DNA from: Auanema rhodensis
Taxonomy: Eukaryota > Animalia > Nematoda
DNA length: 64,000 nucleotides
Assembly (NCBI GenBank): GCA_964057225.1
Contig: OZ059899.1
Coordinates: forward strand, 3,410,001 to 3,474,000
Reading direction: 5' to 3'
The translations under genes and the position numbers were made by a program. Positions 54,406 to 64,000 of this stretch are shown in pieces (positions within the stretch are counted from its first letter, which is position 1; each line of letters begins with the position of its first letter). The notes under the pieces were generated by a model, which was not told where the DNA came from, made no database searches, and saw only the letters and a list, made by a program, of their open reading frames with translations.

Positions 54406-57400
54406 TAAGTTCACACTTATATCCTCGATTTTCACCCTGAAGAATTAATTTTTTCGTTGAATAACATTATCCATCGTCTTTGCCTTGAAAAATGGAATCT
54501 AAAAACATCTACTTTTTGCTAAATTATTTTGAAATTTTTCGAAAAAATTTTTGTCAAAATGTTTTTGGAAGCAATGTTGAGTGTACATGGAAACTCAACA
54601 TACACTAATGCATCATTTTTCAAACGATCATAACTAATTTTTGTATTAAGCGTTTCTTAATGTAGTATAGTGCATTCGATGCGGATTTTTAAGCTGCGTC
54701 GATCTGTGTTATCAGATTTGCGCTAGCTTAAAAATGCACCGAGATATCAACTGATATAAGTTCACACTTATATCCTCGATTTTCACCCTGAAGAATTAAT
54801 TTTTTCGTTGAATAACATTGTCCATCGTCTTTGCCTTGAAAAATGGAATCTAAAAACATCTACTTTTTGCTAAATTATTCTGAAATTTTTCGAAAAAATT
54901 TTTGTCAAAATGTTTTTGGAAGCAATGTTGAGTGTACATGGAAACTCAAGATACACTAATGCATCATTTTTCAAACGATCATAACTAATTTTTGTATCAA
55001 GTGTTTCTCAATGTAGTATAGTGCATTCGATGCGGATTTTTAAGCTGCGTCGATCTGTGTTATCAGATTTGCGCTAGCTTAAAAATGCACCGAGATATCA
55101 ACTGATATAAGTTCACACTTATATCCTCGATTTTCACCCTGAAGAATTAATTTTTTCGTTGAATAACAATGTCCATCGTCTTTGCCTTGAAAAATGGAAT
55201 CTTAAAACATCTACTTTTTGCTAAATTATTTTGAAATTTTTCGAAAAAATTTTTGTCAAAATGTTTTTGGAAGCAATGTTGAGTGTACATGGAAACTCAA
55301 CATACACTAATGCATCATTTTTCAAACGATCATAACTAATTTTTGTATTAAGCGTTTCTTAATGTAGTATAGTGCATTCGATGCGGATTTTTAAGCTGCG
55401 TCGATCTGTGTTATCAGATTTGCGCTAGCTTAAAAATGCACCGAGATATCAACTGATATAAGTTCACACTTATATCCTCGATTTTCACCCTGAAGAATTA
55501 ATTTTTTCGTTGAATAACATTGTCCATCGTCTTTGCCTTGAAAAATGGAATTTAAAAACATCTACTTTTTGCTAAATTATTCTGAAATTTTTCGAAAAAA
55601 TTTTTGTCAAAATGTTTTTGGAAGCAATGTTGAGTGTACATGGAAACTCAACATACACTAATGCATCATTTTTCAAACGATCATAACTAATTTTTGTATT
55701 AAGCGTTTCTCAATGTAGTATAGTGCATTCGATGCGGATTTTTAAGCTGCGTCGATCTGTGTTATCAGATTTGCGCTAGCTTAAAAATGCACCGAGATAT
55801 CAACTGATATAAGTTCACACTTTTATCCTCGATTTTCACCCTGAAGAATTAATTTTTTCGTTGAATAACATTGTCCATCGTCTTTGCCTTGAAAAATGGA
55901 ATCTAAAAACATCTACTTTTTGCTAAATTATTTCGAAATTTTTCGAAAAAATTTTTGTCAAAATGTTTTTGGAAGCAATGTTGAGTGTACATGGAAACTC
56001 AACATACACTAATGCATCATTTTTCAAACGATCATAACTAATTTTTGTATTAAGCGTTTCTCAATGTAGTATAGTGCATTCGATGCGGATTTTTAAGCTG
56101 CGTCGATCTGTGTTATCAGATTTGCGCTAGCTTAAAAATGCACCGAGATATCAACTGATATAAGTTCACACTTATATCCTCGATTTTCACCCTGAAGAAT
56201 TAATTTTTTCGTTGAATAACATTGTCCATCGTCTTTGCCTTGAAAAATGGAATCTAAAAACATCTACTTTTTGCTAAATTATTTCGAAATTTTTCGAAAA
56301 AATTTTTGTCAAAATGTTTTTGGAAGCAATGTTGAGTGTACATGGAAACTCAACATACACTAATGCATCATTTTTCAAACGATCATAACTAATTTTTGTA
56401 TTAAGCGTTTCTTAATGTAGTATAGTGCATTCGATGCGGATTTTTAAGCTGCGTCGATCTGTGTTATCAGATTTGCGCTAGCTTAAAAATGCACCGAGAT
56501 ATCAACTGATATAAGTTCACACTTATATCCTCGATTTTCACCCTGAAGAATTAATTTTTTCGTTGAATAACATTGTCCATCGTCTTTGCCTTGAAAAATG
56601 GAATCTAAAAACATCTACTTTTTGCTAAATTATTCTGAAATTTTTCGAAAAAATTTTTGTCAAAATGTTTTTGGAAGCAATGTTGAGTGTACATGGAAAC
56701 TCAACATACACTAATGCATCATTTTTCAAACGATCATAACTAATTTTTGTATCAAGTGTTTCTCAATGTAGTATAGTGCATTCGATGCGGATTTTTAAGC
56801 TGCGTCGATCTGTGTTATCAGATTTGCGCTAGCTTAAAAATGCACCGAGATATCAACTGATATAAGTTCACACTTATATCCTCGATTTTCACCCTGAAGA
56901 ATTAATTTTTTCGTTGAATAACATTGTCCATCGTCTTTGCCTTGAAAAATGGAATCTTAAAACATCTACTTTTTGCTAAATTATTCTGAAATTTTTCGAA
57001 AAAATTTTTGTCAAAATGTTTTTGGAAGCAATGTTGAGTGTACATGGAAACTCAACATACACTAATGCATCATTTTTCAAACGATCATAACTAATTTTTG
57101 TATCAAGTGTTTCTCAATGTAGTATAGTGCATTCGATGCGGATTTTTAAGCTGCGTCGATCTGTGTTATCAGATTTGCGCTAGCTTAAAAATGCACCGAG
57201 ATATCAACTGATATAAGTTCACACTTATATCCTCGATTTTCACCCTGAAGAATTAATTTTTTCGTTGAATAACATTGTCCATCGTCTTTGCCTTGAAAAA
57301 TGGAATCTTAAAACATCTACTTTTTGCTAAATTATTTTGAAATTTTTTGAAAAAATTTTTGTCAAAATGTTTTTGGAAGCAATGTTGAGTGTACATGGAA

Positions 57401-58617
57401 ACTCAACATACACTAATGCATCATTTTTCAAACGATCATAACTAATTTTTGTATCAAGTGTTTCTCAATGTAGTATAGGGCATTCGATGCGGATTTTTAA
57501 GCTGCGTCGATCTGTGTTATCAGATTTGCGCTAGCTTAAAAATGCACCGAGATATCAACTGATATAAGTTCACACTTATATCCTCGATTTTCACCCTGAA
57601 GAATTAATTTTTTCGTTGAATAACATTGTCCATCGTCTTTGCCTTGAAAAATGGAATCTTAAAACATCTACTTTTTGCTAAATTATTTTGAAATTTTTCG
57701 AAAAAATTTTTGTCAAAATGTTTTTGGAAGCAATGTTGAGTGTACATGGAAACTCAACATACACTAATGCATCATTTTTCAAACGATCATAACTAATTTT
57801 TGTATCAAGTGTTTCTCAATGTAGTATAGTGCATTCGATGCGGATTTTTAAGCTGCGTCGATCTGTGTTATCAGATTTGCGCTAGCTTAAAAATGCACCG
57901 AGATATCAACTGATATAAGTTCACACTTATATCCTCGATTTTCACCCTGAAGAATTAATTTTTTCGTTGAATAACATTGTCCATCGTCTTTGCCTTGAAA
58001 AATGGAATCTTAAAACATCTACTTTTTGCTAAATTATTTTGAAATTTTTTGAAAAAATTTTTGTCAAAATGTTTTTGGAAGCAATGTTGAGTGTACATGG
58101 AAACTCAACATACACTAATGCATCATTTTTCAAACGATCATAACTAATTTTTGTATCAAGTGTTTCTCAATGTAGTATAGGGCATTCGATGCGGATTTTT
58201 AAGCTGCGTCGATCTGTGTTATCAGATTTGCGCTAGCTTAAAAATGCACCGAGATATCAACTGATATAAGTTCACACTTATATCCTCGATTTTCACCCTG
58301 AAGAATTAATTTTTTCGTTGAATAACATTGTCCATCGTCTTTGCCTTGAAAAATGGAATCTTAAAACATCTACTTTTTGCTAAATTATTTTGAAATTTTT
58401 CGAAAAAATTTTTGTCAAAATGTTTTTGGAAGCAATGTTGAGTGTACATGGAAACTCAACATACACTAATGCATCATTTTTCAAACGATCATAACTAATT
58501 TTTGTATCAAGTGTTTCTCAATGTAGTATAGTGCATTCGATGCGGATTTTTAAGCTGCGTCGATCTGTGTTATCAGATTTGCGCTAGCTTAAAAATGCAC
58601 CGAGATATCAACTGATA

Positions 58618-61600
58618 TAAGTTCACACTTATATCCTCGATTTTCACCCTGAAGAATTAATTTTTTCGTTGAATAACATTGTCTATCGTCTTTGCCTTGA
58701 GAAATGGAATCTAAAAACATCTACTTTTTGCTAAATTATTTTGAAATTTTTCGAAAAAATTTTTGTCAAAATGTTTTTGGAAGCAATGTTGAGTGTACAT
58801 GGAAACTCAACATATACTAATGCATCATTTTTCAAACGATCATAACTAATTTTTGTATCAAGTGTTTCTCAATGTAGTATAGTGCATTCGATGCGGATTT
58901 TTAAGCTGCGTCGATCTGTGTTATCAGATTTGCGCTAGCTTAAAAATGCACCGAGATATCAACTGATATAAGTTCACACTTATATCCTCGATTTTCACCC
59001 TGAAGAATTAATTTTTTCGTTGAATAACATTGTCCATCGTCTTTGCCTTGAAAAATGGAATCTAAAAACATCTATTTTTTGCTAAATTATTTTGAAATTT
59101 TTCGAAAAAATTTTTGTCAAAATGTTTTTGGAAGCAATGTTGAGTGTACATGGAAACTCAACATACACTAATGCATCATTTTTCAAACGATCATAACTAA
59201 TTTTTGTATCAAGTGTTTCTCAATGTAGTATAGTGCATTCGATGCGGACTTTTAAGCTGCGTCGATCTGTGTTATCAGATTTGCGCTAGCTTAAAAATGC
59301 ACCGAGATATCAACTGATATAAGTTCACACTTATATCCTCGATTTTCACCCTGAAGAATTAATTTTTTCGTTGAATAACATTGTCTATCGTCTTTGCCTT
59401 GAGAAATGGAATCTAAAAACATCTACTTTTTGCTAAATTATTTTGAAATTTTTCGAAAAAGTTTTGTCAAAATGTTTTTGGAAGCAATGTTGAGTGTACA
59501 TGGAAACTCAACATATACTAATGCATCATTTTTCAAACGATCATAACTAATTTTTGTATCAAGTGTTTCTCAATGTAGTATAGTGCATTCGATGCGGATT
59601 TTTAAGCTGCGTCGATCTGTGTTATCAGATTTGCGCTAGCTTAAAAATGCACCGAGATATCAACTGATATAAGTTCACACTTATATCCTCGATTTTCACC
59701 CTGAAGAATTAATTTTTTCGTTGAATAACATTGTCCATCGTCTTTGCCTTGAAAAATGGAATCTAAAAACATCTATTTTTTGCTAAATTATTCTGAAATT
59801 TTTCGAAAAAATTTTTGTCAAAATGTTTTTGGAAGCAATGTTGAGTGTACATGGAAACTCAACATACACTAATGCATCATTTTTCAAACGATCATAACTA
59901 ATTTTTGTATCAAGCGTTTTTCAATGTAGTATAGTGCATTCGATGCGGATTTTTAAGCTGCGTCGATCTGTGTTATCAGATTTGCGCTAGCTTGAAAATG
60001 CACCCAGATATCAACTGATATAAGTTCACACTTATATCCTCAATTTTCACCCTGAAGAATTAATTTTTTCGTTGAATAACATTGTCCATCGTCTTTGCCT
60101 TGAAAAATGGAATCTAAAAACATCTACTTTTTGCTAAATTATTTTGAAATTTTTCGAAAAAATTTTTGTCAAAATGTTTTTGGAAGCAATGTTGAGTGTA
60201 CATGGAAACTCAACATACACTAATGCATCATTTTTCAAACGATCATAACTAATTTTTGTATCAAGCGTTTTTCAATGTAGTATAGTGCATTCGATGCGGA
60301 TTTTTAAGCTGCGTCGATCTGTGTTATCAGATTTGCGCTAGCTTAAAAATGCACCGAGATATCAACTGATATAAGTTCACACTTATATCCTCGATTTTCA
60401 CCCTGAAGAATTAATTTTTTCGTTGAATAACATTGTCCATCGTCTTTGCCTTGAAAAATGGAATCTTAAAACATCTACTTTTTGCTAAATTATTCTGAAA
60501 TTTTTCGAAAAAATTTTTGTCAAAATGTTTTTGGAAGCAATGTTGAGTGTACATGGAAACTCAACATACACTAATGCATCATTTTTCAAACGATCATAAC
60601 TAATTTTTGTATCAAGCGTTTTTCAATGTAGTATAGTGCATTCGATGCGGATTTTTAAGCTGCGTCGATCTGTGTTATCAGATTTGCGCTAGCTTAAAAA
60701 TGCACCGAGATATCAACTGATATAAGTTCACACTTATATCCTCGATTTTCACCCTGAAGAATTAATTTTTTCGTTGAATAACATTGTCCATCGTCTTTGC
60801 CTTGAAAAATGGAATCTTAAAACATCTACTTTTTGCTAAATTATTTTGAAATTTTTCGAAAAAATTTTTGTCAAAATGTTTTTGGAAGCAATGTTGAGTG
60901 TACATGGAAACTCAACATATACTAATGCATCATTTTTCAAACGATCATAACTAATTTTTGTATCAAGTGTTTCTCAATGTAGTATAGTGCATTCGATGCG
61001 GATTTTTAAGCTGCGTCGATCTGTGTTATCAGATTTGCGCTAGCTTAAAAATGCACCGAGATATCAACTGATATAAGTTCACACTTATATCCTCGATTTT
61101 CACCCTGAAGAATTAATTTTTTCGTTGAATAACATTGTCCATCGTCTTTGCCTTGAAAAATGGAATCTAAAAACATCTATTTTTTGCTAAATTATTTCGA
61201 AATTTTTCGAAAAAATTTTTGTCAAAATGTTTTTGGAAGCAATGTTGAGTGTACATGGAAACTCAACATACACTAATGCATCATTTTTCAAACGATCATA
61301 ACTAATTTTTGTATCAAGTGTTTCTCAATGTAGTATAGTGCATTCGATGCGGACTTTTAAGCTGCGTCGATCTGTGTTATCAGATTTGCGCTAGCTTAAA
61401 AATGCACCGAGATATCAACTGATATAAGTTCACACTTATATCCTCGATTTTCACCCTGAAGAATTAATTTTTTCGTTGAATAACATTGTCTATCGTCTTT
61501 GCCTTGAGAAATGGAATCTAAAAACATCTACTTTTTGCTAAATTATTTTGAAATTTTTCGAAAAAGTTTTGTCAAAATGTTTTTGGAAGCAATGTTGAGT

Positions 61601-64000
61601 GTACATGGAAACTCAACATATACTAATGCATCATTTTTCAAACGATCATAACTAATTTTTGTATCAAGTGTTTCTCAATGTAGTATAGTGCATTCGATGC
61701 GGATTTTTAAGCTGCGTCGATCTGTGTTATCAGATTTGCGCTAGCTTAAAAATGCACCGAGATATCAACTGATATAAGTTCACACTTATATCCTCGATTT
61801 TCACCCTGAAGAATTAATTTTTTCGTTGAATAACATTGTCCATCGTTTTTGCCTTGAAAAATGGAATCTAAAAACATCTATTTTTTGCTAAATTATTCTG
61901 AAATTTTTCGAAAAAATTTTTGTCAAAATGTTTTTGGAAGCAATGTTGAGTGTACATGGAAACTCAACATACACTAATGCATCATTTTTCAAACGATCAT
62001 AACTAATTTTTGTATCAAGCGTTTTTCAATGTAGTATAGTGCATTCGATGCGGATTTTTAAGCTGCGTCGATCTGTGTTATCAGATTTGCGCTAGCTTAA
62101 AAATGCACCGAGATATCAACTGATATAAGTTCACACTTATATCCTCGATTTTCACCCTGAAGAATTAATTTTTTCGTTGAATAACATTGTCCATCGTCTT
62201 TGCCTTGAAAAATGGAATCTTAAAACATCTACTTTTTGCTAAATTATTTTGAAATTTTTCGAAAAAATTTTTGTCAAAATGTTTTTGGAAGCAATGTTGA
62301 GTGTACATGGAAACTCAACATATACTAATGCATCATTTTTCAAACGATCATAACTAATTTTTGTATCAAGTGTTTCTCAATGTAGTATAGTGCATTCGAT
62401 GCGGATTTTTAAGCTGCGTCGATCTGTGTTATCAGATTTGCGCTAGCTTAAAAATGCACCGAGATATCAACTGATATAAGTTCACACTTATATCCTCGAT
62501 TTTCACCCTGAAGAATTAATTTTTTCGTTGAATAACATTGTCCATCGTCTTTGCCTTGAAAAATGGAATCTAAAAACATCTATTTTTTGCTAAATTATTT
62601 CGAAATTTTTCGAAAAAATTTTTGTCAAAATGTTTTTGGAAGCAATGTTGAGTGTACATGGAAACTCAACATACACTAATGCATCATTTTTCAAACGATC
62701 ATAACTAATTTTTGTATCAAGTGTTTCTCAATGTAGTATAGTGCATTCGATGCGGACTTTTAAGCTGCGTCGATCTGTGTTATCAGATTTGCGCTAGCTT
62801 AAAAATGCACCGAGATATCAACTGATATAAGTTCACACTTATATCCTCGATTTTCACCCTGAAGAATTAATTTTTTCGTTGAATAACATTGTCTATCGTC
62901 TTTGCCTTGAGAAATGGAATCTAAAAACATCTACTTTTTGCTAAATTATTTTGAAATTTTTCGAAAAAGTTTTGTCAAAATGTTTTTGGAAGCAATGTTG
63001 AGTGTACATGGAAACTCAACATATACTAATGCATCATTTTTCAAACGATCATAACTAATTTTTGTATCAAGTGTTTCTCAATGTAGTATAGTGCATTCGA
63101 TGCGGATTTTTAAGCTGCGTCGATCTGTGTTATCAGATTTGCGCTAGCTTAAAAATGCACCGAGATATCAACTGATATAAGTTCACACTTATATCCTCGA
63201 TTTTCACCCTGAAGAATTAATTTTTTCGTTGAATAACATTGTCCATCGTTTTTGCCTTGAAAAATGGAATCTAAAAACATCTATTTTTTGCTAAATTATT
63301 CTGAAATTTTTCGAAAAAATTTTTGTCAAAATGTTTTTGGAAGCAATGTTGAGTGTACATGGAAACTCAACATACACTAATGCATCATTTTTCAAACGAT
63401 CATAACTAATTTTTGTATCAAGCGTTTTTCAATGTAGTATAGTGCATTCGATGCGGATTTTTAAGCTGCGTCGATCTGTGTTATCAGATTTGCGCTAGCT
63501 TGAAAATGCACCGAGATATCAACTGATATAAGTTCACACTTATATCCTCAATTTTCACCCTGAAGAATTAATTTTTTCGTTGAATAACATTGTCCATCGT
63601 CTTTGCCTTGAAAAATGGAATCTAAAAACATCTACTTTTTGCTAAATTATTTTGAAATTTTTCGAAAAAATTTTTGTCAAAATGTTTTTGGAAGCAATGT
63701 TGAGTGTACATGGAAACTCAACATACACTAATGCATCATTTTTCAAACGATCATAACTAATTTTTGTATCAAGCGTTTTTCAATGTAGTATAGTGCATTC
63801 GATGCGGATTTTTAAGCTGCGTCGATCTGTGTTATCAGATTTGCGCTAGCTTAAAAATGCACCGAGATATCAACTGATATAAGTTCACACTTATATCCTC
63901 GATTTTCACCCTGAAGAATTAATTTTTTCGTTGAATAACATTGTCCATCGTCTTTGCCTTGAAAAATGGAATCTTAAAACATCTACTTTTTGCTAAATTA
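58618..64000. repeat. 6-mer/4-mer higher-order repeat containing a 350-bp deletion monomer
   Basis: CGAAAAAGTTTTGTC replaces CGAAAAAATTTTTGTC at 59461, 61566 and 62969. Each such copy is preceded by a p107T+281C monomer and followed by a p107T+124C monomer. Confidence 0.85.

Larger units (their letters stand above)
1..64000. repeat. Tandem satellite DNA array, 351-bp monomer, 182 full copies plus a partial copy, head-to-tail, runs off both window ends
   Basis: TAAGTTCACACTTATATCC recurs at 1, 352, 703 ... 7021, 14041, 21061, 28081, 35101, 42121, 49141, 56161 (exact multiples of 351). ORF-track spacings are all multiples of 351. No unique sequence or orientation change was seen. Confidence 0.99.

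Noticed and set aside
1-64000. CRISPR array or repeat-spacer system
   Set aside because: There are no unique spacers, the entire 351 bp is repeated, and there are no cas genes.

Overview
The whole 64-kb window is one uninterrupted head-to-tail tandem satellite array, all on the same strand. It has a 351-bp AT-rich monomer (about 31% GC by hand count of monomer 1), with 182 complete copies plus a 121-bp partial copy. Below, mN means monomer N, starting at 1+351*(N-1) up to m170, and pN means position N in the monomer with TAAGTTCAC as p1. Copies typically differ by a few substitutions, and I saw only one indel allele, a 1-bp deletion present in 3 copies near the right end. I see no supportable gene, RNA gene, CRISPR array or transposon insertion. 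The 27 63-aa ORFs are a by-product of one SNP (p116 A>G) that removes a stop codon in the repeat. Two things are of real interest. First, the monomer is tiled with inverted repeats, including a 51-nt hairpin, a junction-spanning 9-bp stem, a second 9-bp stem and a TTTTTCGAAAAA palindrome. Second, hand-typed SNP haplotypes show nascent higher-order repeats (2-, 3-, 4/6-, 5-, 11- and about 13-mers) in successive domains, with some recombination breakpoints mappable to 17-27 bp. The picture fits a recently homogenised eukaryotic (peri)centromeric or heterochromatic satellite. Host species and centromere function cannot be established from the sequence. SNP typing was done by eye and should be confirmed computationally.
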